Positions 9,769-18,590 of a stretch of DNA of 64,000 nt are shown here, in pieces. Under the pieces are notes generated by a model. The model was not told the DNA's origin and did not search any database. It saw nothing but the letters and a program-made list of their open reading frames with translations. A program made the position numbers and the translations under genes. The DNA comes from Candidatus Eiseniibacteriota bacterium (GTDB taxonomy: Bacteria > Eisenbacteria > RBG-16-71-46 > CAZAMP01): contig OZ245046.1 in assembly GCA_965224245.1 (NCBI GenBank), forward strand, positions 4,416,001 through 4,480,000. The letters are read 5' to 3'. Numbering within the stretch: position 1 is the first letter of the stretch; each line of letters begins with the position of its first letter.

Positions 9769-10207
9769 GTGGAGATTCCTTTCTCGCGCTCACCCACGGC
9801 GCCGGAATCGCTCCGGCGGTCGCGCGTTCGAGGACCGGGTTCGGCTTTTCACCGGCCGGGCAGTTTGCCGACTTTCCTCCGGACGGTAAAGCAAAACCCC
9901 GTCCGTCGCGACGAACGTCCAGATTCGCCGACTCGTCATTGGACCCGCACGAACGCACGACGTCACCGCCACGGGCGGATTAGGTCCAACTTACGATTTT
10001 CCAGGGTGTTGCGGCGGCCGGTGTGACTTCCCCGGTGGCAATGCCGTCAGTAGCGGAGTAGGTTCTGCACCGACACGGTGCGCGCGCTGCCGCTCGTCCG
10101 TATCGAGCAACCCTCGAGCGCCAACACCCCGGGGTGTGCGCGGAACCGGACATGGATCGCCGGATCGGACACGCGCCGACCCGGCGACGGAACCAAGGAG
10201 GGTCGGT

Positions 10208-11707
10208 TTGGATAGCACGAAGGATCAAGTCGTGACCGCCATCACGGCGTACCTGCCGAAGCTGCTCGGCGCGGTCGTGATCCTGGTGGTCGGGTGGCTC
10301 CTGGCGCTGGCGATCTCGGCCGGCATCCGCGCGGTCCTGAAGCGAACCTCGGTGGACGAGCGCGTGGCCGGCTGGCTGTCCGGCGACCAGAGTCACGTCA
10401 GCGTCGAGAACGTCGTGGGCAAGACGTTCTTCTATCTCGTCCTTCTGGTCACGGTGGTCGCCGCCCTTCAGACGCTGGGGCTGACGCTGGTGACGCAGCC
10501 GCTCAACACCCTCCTGGACGAGCTCCTCGCCTACGGACCGCAGCTCCTGGGGGCGGCGGCGTTGACGCTGGTGGCGGTCCTGGTCGCGAGCGTGCTGCGA
10601 TTCCTGACCACGCGCGCGCTCGGCGCCGCCAGGGTGGACGAGCGCCTGAGCGCCGAGATGCGCGACCCGGAGGCCGCCAGGGAGGTCCCGATCTCCCGCT
10701 CGCTCGCCGAGTCGATCTACTGGCTGACGATCCTCCTGTTTCTGCCCGCGATCCTGGGCACGCTCGGCCTGACCGGGCTTCTGGAGCCGGTTCAGGGTGT
10801 CGTGGACAAGCTCCTCGGCGCCCTGCCGAACATCTTCGCGGCCGCGGTGCTGTTCGTCGTGGGCTGGTTCGTGGCGCGAGTCGTTCAGCGACTCACCACG
10901 AGTCTCCTCGCATCGATCGGCACCGACCGCCTGGCCGATCGGATCGGCGTGGCCGAGGCGTTCGGCAGGCACCGCCTGTCCAGCGTGCTGGGCACGCTGT
11001 TCTATGCGCTGATCCTGATCCCCGTCATCGTGTCGGCCCTGAACGCGCTGCAGCTCGAGGCGGTCACCGCGCCCGCGAGCCGTATGCTGGCCACGATCCT
11101 GGGGGCGATCCCGTCGATCCTGTCCGCGCTGGTGATCCTGGGAATCGGATACGTCCTCGGTCGGGTGATCGCCGGCGTGCTCTCGAACATCCTGGCCGGC
11201 ATGGGGTTCAACAGCGTCACGGCGAGGCTCGGTCTTCCGCAGAGCTCGGGCGAGAGCGCGCGCACCCCGTCCGAGCTGGTCGGGCTCGTGGTCCTGGCCG
11301 GCATCTTGCTGTTCTCGTTCGTCGAGGCCGCGGACGTGCTCGGGTTCGACGGGCTCTCGATCATCATGCTCGACTTCACCGCGTTCGCGGGCCACGTGCT
11401 CATGGGCCTGATCATCCTGGGCTTCGGGCTGTTCCTGGCCACGTTCGCCTCGCGGACAATCGCGTCGAGCAAGAACGCCAACGCCGGCGTGCTGGCCAAC
11501 GTGGCCAGGGTCGGGATCTGGGTGCTGGCCGGCGCGATGGCACTCCGGGAGATGGGGTTCGCGTCGGACATCATCAACATGGCCTTTGGGCTCATGCTGG
11601 GGGCGATCGCGGTGGCCGCGGCCATCGCGTTCGGGCTCGGCGGCCGCGAGTGGGCCGAGCGGCGGCTCGCGAGCTGGGCCGCGCGCTCCGCGGACGATCG
11701 CCGCTGA
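10208..11707 (+). CDS. CmpX-like conserved-TM-helix repeat membrane protein (mechanosensitive-channel associated)
   Basis: Repeated YLPKLLGA/ALPNIFAA/AIPSILSA helix modules; C-terminal AIAFGLGGRE; AAGGAG RBS before TTG. Confidence 0.8.
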   Translation: MDSTKDQVVTAITAYLPKLLGAVVILVVGWLLALAISAGIRAVLKRTSVDERVAGWLSGDQSHVSVENVVGKTFFYLVLLVTVVAALQTLGLTLVTQPLNTLLDELLAYGPQLLGAAALTLVAVLVASVLRFLTTRALGAARVDERLSAEMRDPEAAREVPISRSLAESIYWLTILLFLPAILGTLGLTGLLEPVQGVVDKLLGALPNIFAAAVLFVVGWFVARVVQRLTTSLLASIGTDRLADRIGVAEAFGRHRLSSVLGTLFYALILIPVIVSALNALQLEAVTAPASRMLATILGAIPSILSALVILGIGYVLGRVIAGVLSNILAGMGFNSVTARLGLPQSSGESARTPSELVGLVVLAGILLFSFVEAADVLGFDGLSIIMLDFTAFAGHVLMGLIILGFGLFLATFASRTIASSKNANAGVLANVARVGIWVLAGAMALREMGFASDIINMAFGLMLGAIAVAAAIAFGLGGREWAERRLASWAARSADDRR

Positions 11708-11721
11708 TCGAGGCTCGGGGC

Positions 11722-11757
11722 TCGTCCTCCCGAGCTCGATCAGGCTCGGGAGGACGA
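11722..11757. terminator. Hairpin between convergent genes
   Basis: Perfect 14-bp stem TCGTCCTCCCGAGC/GCTCGGGAGGACGA. Confidence 0.5.
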
Positions 11758-11779
11758 CACTCCACGACGACCCCGCCGA

Positions 11780-12601
11780 TCAGATTCGCACGGCGCCCTT
11801 CAGGAACGCGTCGTTGGAGACCGCCACGATGTCGTCCGCACGCTGGATCATCGTCTTGACCGGGGTCACCGCGAGCAGCGTGCCCTCCACGCCGTCGATC
11901 TCGATGCGCTCACCCTCGTCGAATAGCTTGCGGGCGTAGAACCCCGCGACCACGTTTCGCGTGAGCTGCCGCGTACCGAGCCCGAAGGACAGCGCGAACC
12001 CGAGTGCGATCCCCGACAGGATGACCAGGGCCACCGACCGGATCACGGCGGTGTCGATCTTGAGCTGCGTGATCGCCATGATCGCGACCACGAACAGGAG
12101 CAGGCCCGACACGATCCGGCCCAGCGTCTCGGCATAGTCCATGCCCGAGCTCTTCCCCGACTCGGCCACCACGTGGCCGGCGGCGCGCGACACGATCCCA
12201 CCGAGGAGCACGATCACGAACGCCGCGATGATGCTGGGCACGTAGGCGAAGAACGATCGGATGGCGTCCGCGATCGCGATCAACCCCACCGACTGGGTGG
12301 CGCTCTGCGTGAACAGGACGATCAGCAGGAAGTAGACGATCCGCGTGAAGCCCCGGCTCGGACTCGCGCGATAGCCGATCTGGCGCAGCAGTCCGGTGAC
12401 CCCGATCCGCTCGAGCATGGCGTCGATCCGGAGACGCGCGAACGTGGTGTTGAGCGCCCGTTCGATGAGCTTCGCCACCAGGAACCCGATCAGTATGACC
12501 ACGATCGCGGTCAGGACGCGCGGAATGAGATCCGCCAGCGACGTGAGCAGGCTGTCGGCGACTTCGGTCAGCGCCGGTTTGAGCGCGAATTCTTTCTCCA
12601 C
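11780..12601 (-). CDS. MscS-like protein with TM-helix repeats and shortened cytoplasmic domain
   Basis: LIPRVLTA, YVPSIIAA, ALSFGLGTRQLTRNVVAGFY, GERIEIDGVEG. Confidence 0.75.
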   Translation of the reverse strand: MEKEFALKPALTEVADSLLTSLADLIPRVLTAIVVILIGFLVAKLIERALNTTFARLRIDAMLERIGVTGLLRQIGYRASPSRGFTRIVYFLLIVLFTQSATQSVGLIAIADAIRSFFAYVPSIIAAFVIVLLGGIVSRAAGHVVAESGKSSGMDYAETLGRIVSGLLLFVVAIMAITQLKIDTAVIRSVALVILSGIALGFALSFGLGTRQLTRNVVAGFYARKLFDEGERIEIDGVEGTLLAVTPVKTMIQRADDIVAVSNDAFLKGAVRI

Positions 12602-12903
12602 GGCTCTTCGCCCCTTGGTCTCGTTCCCATGATCATCGACAGAATCATCTGTATGTAACCGATCAGCGCCGCGAACGCGTGCACGATGGCCAGGTCGGCC
12701 GAGTCCGAGACGATGAGGCGGCGGTTGATCCGCCCCTTCACGGCACGCTCGAAGCCCGGCGCCGCCTCTCCCTCGAGATCGGCGAGCTCGGACAGCGGGG
12801 CTCCCGGGTCCACGTCGTCCCCCTCCGTGCCGTTCGGTCCTCGTCCCTCCGAGCCGGCGGCGGGCTCGCCGTCACGTGGATTCGAAGGTCCCTCGTCAGC
12901 CAT
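12568..12903 (-). CDS. Small protein downstream of the ECF sigma factor, putative anti-sigma
   Basis: Follows the sigma gene directly; PGFERAVKGRI segment and one hydrophobic helix. Confidence 0.5.
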   Translation of the reverse strand: MADEGPSNPRDGEPAAGSEGRGPNGTEGDDVDPGAPLSELADLEGEAAPGFERAVKGRINRRLIVSDSADLAIVHAFAALIGYIQMILSMIMGTRPRGEEPWRKNSRSNRR

Positions 12904-12916
12904 CGGACACGATCTC

Positions 12917-13555
12917 CTAGGAGGCCACCGGGGGCTCCGGCGACCGTTCGTCCCCAGCGGGTCGAGCCACGTCCCGCGCGTCGGCCAGATCGAGTCGACG
13001 GCGGAACTCCTCGCGGCCGCGCTTGATTCGCATCTTCGTGGCCGAGAGCCCGATGCCCAGCGTGTCGGCGATCTCCTGATACGCGAACCCGTCGACGTCG
13101 CACATGACGAGTGGGATCCGTAGCGTGTCGGGTAGATCGTCCAGGATCACCCGGATCCGCTCGCGCCTCTCCACCCGGAGTGTGGCGTCCTCCGGCGTAT
13201 GGGTCTCGCGGAGCTCGTCGACCGTCTCCATCGCCGGATCGTCCACGTCGAGGTTCACGCGGCCCTTGTGCTTTCGAATGTGATTGAGACAGTGGTTGAT
13301 CTTGATGCGCTGTAGCCAGGAACCGAACTTGGCCCGGCCCTCGAACCGTCGAAGACCGAAGTACGCCTTGACGAAGACCTCCTGCGCGAGGTCCTCCGCC
13401 TCCTCCGCCGACCCTGACATGTGGCGGCAGTTGGCCAGAACCCGCCCCTTGTGCCGCGTCATCAGCGTCTCGAAGGCCAGGACGTCTCCCGGCCTGGAGG
13501 CCTTGACGATCTCGGCCAGATCCTCGTCGGTCTGGCTCGCGTCGACGCGCCGCAT
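12917..13555 (-). CDS. ECF RNA polymerase sigma factor
   Basis: AEDLAQEVFVKAY, FGSWLQRIKIN, YQEIADTLGI...KMRIKRGR. Confidence 0.92.
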   Translation of the reverse strand: MRRVDASQTDEDLAEIVKASRPGDVLAFETLMTRHKGRVLANCRHMSGSAEEAEDLAQEVFVKAYFGLRRFEGRAKFGSWLQRIKINHCLNHIRKHKGRVNLDVDDPAMETVDELRETHTPEDATLRVERRERIRVILDDLPDTLRIPLVMCDVDGFAYQEIADTLGIGLSATKMRIKRGREEFRRRLDLADARDVARPAGDERSPEPPVAS

Positions 13556-13681
13556 GTCGCTCCTCCCATTGGACCCCGGCCGGCCGGGCATGGTCACAAC
13601 GACGCGCCCTGACGCGAGCCGGCGCGCGGAGCCGCGGCCGGGCGTGCCGCGCAGTGGGCCAGCGCGCCTCAATCAATTATC

Positions 13682-13694
13682 AATCAACGCGTTG
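13682..13694 (+). promoter_or_regulatory. IHF consensus site in divergent promoter region
   Basis: AATCAACGCGTTG matches WATCAANNNNTTR inside an AT-rich patch. Confidence 0.45.
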
Positions 13695-13796
13695 TGAATC
13701 GCTTGGGAGAGGGTAAACGATTCGGCCTCCGACCGCGACTCCCCTTGTGACCTCGTCGACGACCCCAGGCCGAGGACCGAGACCCGTGAGGACGAC

Positions 13797-14771
13797 ATGC
13801 CGACGTTGCTTCTGAGCCTGCTTCGAGATCCCCGCCACTACCAGATCGGCGTCCTGGCCGCGCTCCTGGCCTACGGGCTCACCGCCCTGCGCTTCCCGAT
13901 CCCGGCCTGGCAGGTCCCGGTCACGGTCTCGGTCGCACTCTCGACCCAGTGGATCCTCACCCGCCTCGTGGGCCTCCCGGCGTTCGACGCCCGGAGTCCG
14001 CTGATCTCGTCGCTGTCGCTGTGTCTGATCCTCCGGTCGGGGAGCCCCTGGATCATCACGCTGGCCACCGTGGCGGCGATCGCGAGCAAGTTCGTCCTCC
14101 GCACCGGGGGGCGGCACATCTTCAACCCGACGAACTTCGGGATCGCGCTGGTCCTGGCGGTGACCCCGAGCCACGGCGCCTGGATCTCGCACGGTCAGTG
14201 GGGCAGCGTGGTTCTGGGCGCGTTCTTCTTCGCCTGCATGGGCGGGATCGTCGTCAATCGCGCCGCCCGAAGCGACGTGACGATCGCGTTCCTGGCCTCT
14301 TACGGCGCGATCGTGATCGGTCGCTCGCTGTGGCTCGCGGAGCCGCTGGCCATCCCCATGCACCGCCTCGCCAGCGGCGCGTTCCTGCTGTTCGCGTTCT
14401 TCATGATCTCCGACCCGAAGGCGACGCCGGACTCCCGGCGGGGTCGGATCGCGTTCGCCGCGCTCGTGGCGATCGTCGCCGCGGTGGGACGGTTCGGACT
14501 CAACGAGCCCAACGCGCTGATGTACGCGCTCGTCCTGTCGGCGCCAACGGTCCCGCTCTGGGACCGGCTGTTTCCCGGAACCCGATACGAATGGGCCTCG
14601 CGCGCGGCCGTCGCGCGGCGCGGGGTCGTCGCGCGGCGCGGGGTCGTCGCGCGGCGCGGGGTCGCCGCGATTCCGAACCCGCGCGTCCGTTCGCGCAAAG
14701 GAGATGCTCATGTGGACCCGAGCCACCGCGATGCTGGTCTTGGCCGGCCAGCTCCTCACGCCGTCGGCTGA
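13797..14771 (+). CDS. RnfD/NqrB-like membrane protein
   Basis: DPRHYQI, ASKFVLR, HIFNPTNFG, FAFFMISDPKATP. Confidence 0.8.
   Translation: MPTLLLSLLRDPRHYQIGVLAALLAYGLTALRFPIPAWQVPVTVSVALSTQWILTRLVGLPAFDARSPLISSLSLCLILRSGSPWIITLATVAAIASKFVLRTGGRHIFNPTNFGIALVLAVTPSHGAWISHGQWGSVVLGAFFFACMGGIVVNRAARSDVTIAFLASYGAIVIGRSLWLAEPLAIPMHRLASGAFLLFAFFMISDPKATPDSRRGRIAFAALVAIVAAVGRFGLNEPNALMYALVLSAPTVPLWDRLFPGTRYEWASRAAVARRGVVARRGVVARRGVAAIPNPRVRSRKGDAHVDPSHRDAGLGRPAPHAVG
14610..14663 (+). repeat. Three tandem 18-bp repeats
   Basis: GTCGCGCGGCGCGGGGTC x3 (VARRGV in frame). Confidence 0.85.
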
Positions 14772-16056
14772 GGCGTTCTGCGGCTTCTACGTCGCGAAGG
14801 CGGACGCCGAGCTGTTCAACCAGGCCTCTCGCGTCGTGCTCGTCCGGAGTGACGACAAGACCGTCATCACGATGGCGAACGACTACGAGGGCGACCTCGA
14901 CGAGTTCGCGATGGTCGTGCCGGTGCCGGAGCTGATCACCCGGGACCAGATCCACGTCGGCGACCCGGCCGTCCTCGATCACCTCGATGCGTACAGCGCG
15001 CCGCGCCTGGTCGAGTACTTCGACTCCGACCCCTGCCGGGTCGTCTACGAGCGCGACATGGCGCTGATGGCCGAGGCGCCGACCGCCGGTCGCGGTGGGC
15101 GTCCGGACGAGCTGGGGAAGGCGCTCGGGGTCACGATCGAGGCCTCCTACACGGTCGGCGAGTACGACATCTTGATCCTGTCCGCCGCCGAGAGCGACGG
15201 GCTGGTGACCTGGCTCACCGCCAACGACTACCGGATCCCCGACGGCGCCGAGCGCGTGCTCGACGGCTACATCAAGCAGGACATGCGCTTCTTCGTGGCC
15301 AAGGTCAACCTGGGCGAGCAGCGCGCGCTGGGGGTGACCAACCTCCGACCGCTCCAGATCGCGTACGAGTCGAGGAAGTTCATGCTTCCGATCCGACTCG
15401 GAGTGGTGAACGCGAACGGCCCCCAGGACCTGATCCTCTACACGCTGACCCGCGACGGGCGAGTGGAGACGACGAACTATCGCACGGTGCGGCTCCCGTC
15501 GGACCAGGAGCTCCCGGAGTTCGTGGAGGCGGAGTTCGACGACTTCTACCGCGACATGTTCGCCCGTCAGGTCGCGCGCGAGCGCGGGCGGGCGGTCTTC
15601 CTCGAGTACGCGTGGAACATGTCGTGGTGCGACCCGTGCGCGGCCGACCCGCTGAGCCGGGACGAGCTGCGAAGCCTCGGCGTGTTCTGGCTGGACGACG
15701 GCGACGTCTCGCTCCGTCCGCGACGCGGTGGCGGGCCCCAGAACGTCTTCGTGACGCGCCTCCACGTGCGCTACGACGCCGAGCACTTTCCGGACGATCT
15801 CTTCCTCCAGGAGACCGGTGACAGCTCGAACTTCCAGGGGCGCTACATCCTGCGTCATCCGTGGACGGGCGACGCGACGTGCGACGCGGCGCGCGAGTAC
15901 CGCAAGCAGCTTCGCGATCGGCAGGAGCGCGAGGCAGAGACCCTGGCCAGCCTCACCGGCTGGAATCTGGACGACATCTACGATCGGATCGACCTGGCCG
16001 ACCCGATGACGCCCGGCGGGGATGTGCCCTGGTACAAGAAGCTCTGGCGGAACTAG
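14704..16056 (+). CDS. DUF2330-family secreted protein
   Basis: Signal peptide then AFCGFYVAKA, LDAYSAPRLVEY, WCDPCAADP, VTRLHVRY, NFQGRY. Confidence 0.85.
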   Translation: MLMWTRATAMLVLAGQLLTPSAEAFCGFYVAKADAELFNQASRVVLVRSDDKTVITMANDYEGDLDEFAMVVPVPELITRDQIHVGDPAVLDHLDAYSAPRLVEYFDSDPCRVVYERDMALMAEAPTAGRGGRPDELGKALGVTIEASYTVGEYDILILSAAESDGLVTWLTANDYRIPDGAERVLDGYIKQDMRFFVAKVNLGEQRALGVTNLRPLQIAYESRKFMLPIRLGVVNANGPQDLILYTLTRDGRVETTNYRTVRLPSDQELPEFVEAEFDDFYRDMFARQVARERGRAVFLEYAWNMSWCDPCAADPLSRDELRSLGVFWLDDGDVSLRPRRGGGPQNVFVTRLHVRYDAEHFPDDLFLQETGDSSNFQGRYILRHPWTGDATCDAAREYRKQLRDRQEREAETLASLTGWNLDDIYDRIDLADPMTPGGDVPWYKKLWRN

Positions 16057-16390
16057 CGCTCCAAGCCCGGAGCGTCCCGCATCGACTGTTCGGCCGGCCC
16101 TCGACCCGTTCGCCCCCGCCGCGTGCGGACCCCCGGTTGACGGGGCGATGGGTCGGCCTCCAGTTGGACCACCGGCAACTGTGAGGAGACAATCTGGAAT
16201 GGGCATCGGGCATCTTCGTGTGCCTCAGGGGTCCATTCGCCAGGGGCCAGACCTCTCCGCCACCGCTTTCAGTCGGGCCGCCGCCCTATAGACGACAACT
16301 CCAAGTGACGATGCGATCGTTTCGGTGCTATGTTCCGGATGTTGTGGTCGGGCGCTGCCTATCTGGCAGATCAAGGGATTAGGCAGACCA

Positions 16391-16437
16391 GCCTAACCGT
16401 CGCCGAGATACGCGGACCTGTCGAACTGTCGTTAGAA
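16391..16437 (+). mobile_element. Degenerate, shortened attC-like site
   Basis: GCCTAAC ... GTTAGAA boxes with poor internal pairing; sits immediately before a cassette promoter. Confidence 0.35.
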
Positions 16438-16443
16438 GGACGA

Positions 16444-16484
16444 TTGACCCGATGTGCCTTTGGTTGTACGCTTGCACGTACCAA
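16444..16484 (+). promoter_or_regulatory. Promoter/operator of the Phd-ParE cassette
   Basis: TTGACC-N17-TACGCT with imperfect inverted repeat TTGGTTGTACG/CGTACCAA. Confidence 0.55.
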
Positions 16485-16495
16485 TGGAGGTGCGT

Positions 16496-16777
16496 ATGGG
16501 CAAGGTCCCCGAGATCATCCCGGTGTCCGACTTTCGACAAGACGCTGCGGCGGTGCTGAAGCGCGTCCAAGGAGCGAAGGACCCGTTCGTCATTACGCAG
16601 CGAGGGCGGGCGGCCGCAATTCTACTGAGCGTCGAGTCATTCGAGCGAGGCGAACACGAGCGGTCCTTGCTGCGACTTCTTGCTCGCGGTGAGCGGGAGA
16701 TTGCTGCTGGGTCAGGTTACTCGCTCAGCGACGTGCTCGCGGAAGCGGATGCCCTGCTCGCGGACGACGAGGCGTGA
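16496..16777 (+). CDS. Phd/YefM-family antitoxin
   Basis: IIPVSDFRQDAAAVLK, PFVITQRGRAAAILLS; GGAGGT RBS. Confidence 0.9.
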   Translation: MGKVPEIIPVSDFRQDAAAVLKRVQGAKDPFVITQRGRAAAILLSVESFERGEHERSLLRLLARGEREIAAGSGYSLSDVLAEADALLADDEA

Positions 16778-17055
16778 GGGTTCGCTTCACTCCGGGTGGA
16801 CGGGCCCAGTTCTTGGCGGCGGTTCAGTACATTCGGCAGGATCGCCCCTCCGCAGCCCGGAAGTTCCGCAGACGTTGCGAGACTGTATTGCGCCGGCTCG
16901 AGCGGTATCCGGAATCTGGTCGGGTGGTTCCGGAGTTCCCCGAGCTTCCGTATCGAGAAGTGGTGGTTCCACCATACAGGTTCTTCTATCGAGTCAAGGG
17001 CAAGACCGTCTGGGTCGTTGGCGTATGGCACACAGCTCAGGTGCCCCGCACATAA
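16774..17055 (+). CDS. RelE/ParE-family toxin
   Basis: YIRQDRPSAA, PESGRVVPE, REVVVPPYRFFYRV; GTGA overlap with the antitoxin. Confidence 0.9.
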   Translation: MRVRFTPGGRAQFLAAVQYIRQDRPSAARKFRRRCETVLRRLERYPESGRVVPEFPELPYREVVVPPYRFFYRVKGKTVWVVGVWHTAQVPRT

Positions 17056-17069
17056 ACGGACGGCCGCCA

Positions 17070-17135
17070 TTCTAACGAGTGCGTGAAGCGGAGGGTCCGC
17101 TGCGCGGCCCGCCGCTTACGCCCAGTACGTTTGGA
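17070..17135 (+). mobile_element. attC site
   Basis: TTCTAAC ... GCGT(G)AAGCGG / CCGCTTACGC ... GTTTGGA; L-box pairing with an extrahelical base. Confidence 0.75.
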
Positions 17136-17149
17136 GGAACGAAGAATGC

Positions 17150-17434
17150 TCAAGCGGCGAGGCGACGAACCTTGAGTTTCTTTCGATTCTGCTCGGCCAG
17201 CCAGAGGTCGTACTGGACCTGTTGGTTTAGCCAGCTCTCAGCCGACGTATCGAACGCGATCGACAATCGTACGGCCATCTCGGGGCTAATCCCCGCTCGG
17301 CCGTTCAGAATGGCGGAGAGGGTCTTGCGGCTGATACCGAGGGCCTTGGCGGCTTCGGTGACGGTCAGCCCCATGGGCTCAAAGCAGAGCTCTCGAAGTA
17401 CCTCACCTGGGTGGGGCGGGTTGTGCATCTTCAT
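17150..17434 (-). CDS. higA: HigA-family antitoxin
   Basis: [35 protein letters not shown]. Confidence 0.92.
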   Translation of the reverse strand: MKMHNPPHPGEVLRELCFEPMGLTVTEAAKALGISRKTLSAILNGRAGISPEMAVRLSIAFDTSAESWLNQQVQYDLWLAEQNRKKLKVRRLAA

Positions 17435-17444
17435 CGTACAGACC

Positions 17445-17726
17445 TCAGTGGTAGTCCTCGTAGTCAACGTTCTCAACATCCTTCCCGCGAAACGAGAAGG
17501 TTATGCGCCAGTTGCCACTGACTTTCACTGCCCAGGTGCCCTTGCGCTTCCCCTTCAAGGGGTGAAGGTCGAGCCCGGGCAGGTTCATATCGCGCGGTTC
17601 GGTGGCCACAGAGAGCCTGCCGAGGATGAGTCGGAGGCGGTCTCTGTGCTTGGCTTGTATTCCGGCTGCGGAGCCCTTGGTGAAGAAGCGCTCCAGGCCC
17701 TTGTGGCGAAACCGAAGGATAGCCAT
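17445..17726 (-). CDS. higB: HigB-family toxin (plasmid maintenance killer)
   Basis: [36 protein letters not shown]. Confidence 0.92.
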   Translation of the reverse strand: MAILRFRHKGLERFFTKGSAAGIQAKHRDRLRLILGRLSVATEPRDMNLPGLDLHPLKGKRKGTWAVKVSGNWRITFSFRGKDVENVDYEDYH

Positions 17727-17734
17727 CGATGGCG

Positions 17735-17763
17735 AATGTAACCTATAACGTATCGGGTGTCAA
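17735..17763 (-). promoter_or_regulatory. Promoter of higBA (near-leaderless)
   Basis: Minus strand TTGACA-N17-TACATT a few nt before the ATG. Confidence 0.65.
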
Positions 17764-17776
17764 GTAGGGCAAGTCC

Positions 17777-17882
17777 TCCTAACGACCCGCTGCACCTGAC
17801 GGCCCGCGGCGCGTGGAGGAGGGTGGAGTTAGACGGACCCCGGCTGCGCCGCGGTCCGCAGGTGAGCGTCAGGGCGTTAGGC
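17777..17882 (+). mobile_element. attC site
   Basis: TCCTAAC ... CGCT(G)CACCTG(A)CGG / CCGCAGGTGAGCG ... GTTAGGC; two extrahelical bases and a long central stem. Confidence 0.88.
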
Positions 17883-17897
17883 TGAGACCGTAAATAA

Positions 17898-17929
17898 GCC
17901 ATTGACGTAGTAAGTCAATGGCGTATATT
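17898..17929 (+). promoter_or_regulatory. Promoter/operator of the BrnT cassette
   Basis: Perfect 9-bp inverted repeat GCCATTGAC-N7-GTCAATGGC overlapping TTGACG...TATATT. Confidence 0.7.
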
Positions 17930-17936
17930 GTTGCAC

Positions 17937-18227
17937 GTGGAAGTCACATGGGATGAGGCGAAGAACCGCGCCAACGTAACCAAGCACGGGCTCTCCTTCG
18001 AGGAGGCGAGTCGGCTCTTCACGTCTGGGATGGACTATCTGGAACTCTCCGACGAGCGTCATTCGGAGGATGAAGAGCGGTTCATCGCGCTCGTGCCCGT
18101 GAACCGAGGTGTCGTACTGGTCGTGTGGACCGAAGAAGACGAGGATGTTCTGCGAATCATCAGCGCTCGGCCTGCGACCAGACGCGAGCGTGAGCATTAT
18201 GAGGCATTCCTGGGAAAACGAAGATGA
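17937..18227 (+). CDS. BrnT-family toxin
   Basis: WDEAKNRANVTKHGLSFEEA, HSEDEERF, RIISARPATRRER. Confidence 0.92.
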   Translation: MEVTWDEAKNRANVTKHGLSFEEASRLFTSGMDYLELSDERHSEDEERFIALVPVNRGVVLVVWTEEDEDVLRIISARPATRREREHYEAFLGKRR

Positions 18228-18514
18228 GTGACATTCCTGAACTTAGTGCGAAACAGCTGGCGCGAGCCATTCCGGCGCGGGTTAGGAAGCGCCTGATGGC
18301 TGGCAAGTTCGAGTCCGGTGCGGATGTTCTAGCACTTCGTCGTTTCGTAGGGCTGACGCAGGTGCGGTTCGCGGAGGCGATGGGGATCAGCGTTCACACG
18401 CTGCGCAATTGGGAGCAAGATCGCCGCTTGCCCGAAGGGCCGGCGATTGCGCTTCTGCGCATCGCGGCAAGGCATCCTCGGATCATCCGCGAGAACCTCG
18501 ACTCGGCTGCGTAA
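18224..18514 (+). CDS. XRE-type HTH antitoxin
   Basis: LTQVRFAEAMGISVHTLRNWEQDRRLPEGPA; ATGA overlap. Confidence 0.85.
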   Translation: MSDIPELSAKQLARAIPARVRKRLMAGKFESGADVLALRRFVGLTQVRFAEAMGISVHTLRNWEQDRRLPEGPAIALLRIAARHPRIIRENLDSAA

Positions 18515-18590
18515 CTCGCCAGCCTACCCTGCAGTTCTCGTCTTTCGGCGTAGCAGGCTCCAAACCTGGGAAAGTGACGGGGCGGTGAGC

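Noticed and set aside
9830-9885. Possible c-di-GMP (GEMM) or cobalamin riboswitch upstream of mscS (minus strand GGCAAAC...GGTGAAAAGCC)
   Set aside because: Lacks the GGACGCAAAG segment and second stem of GEMM, and lacks the B12 box; only short words match.
16110-16190. Cobalamin-riboswitch-like words (GCCCCCGCC, GCAACTGTGA)
   Set aside because: Order and spacing do not fit, there is no GGGAA/AGYCAG element, and no B12-related gene follows.
16057-16390. Integron integrase or attI remnant left of the array
   Set aside because: No tyrosine-recombinase motifs were recognisable in any frame.
18508-18560. Extra attC sites at GCGTAAC (18509) and GCTAAC (19093)
   Set aside because: R''-like boxes overlap stop codons as expected, but no matching L boxes or GTTRRRY partner could be found; possibly eroded, not called.
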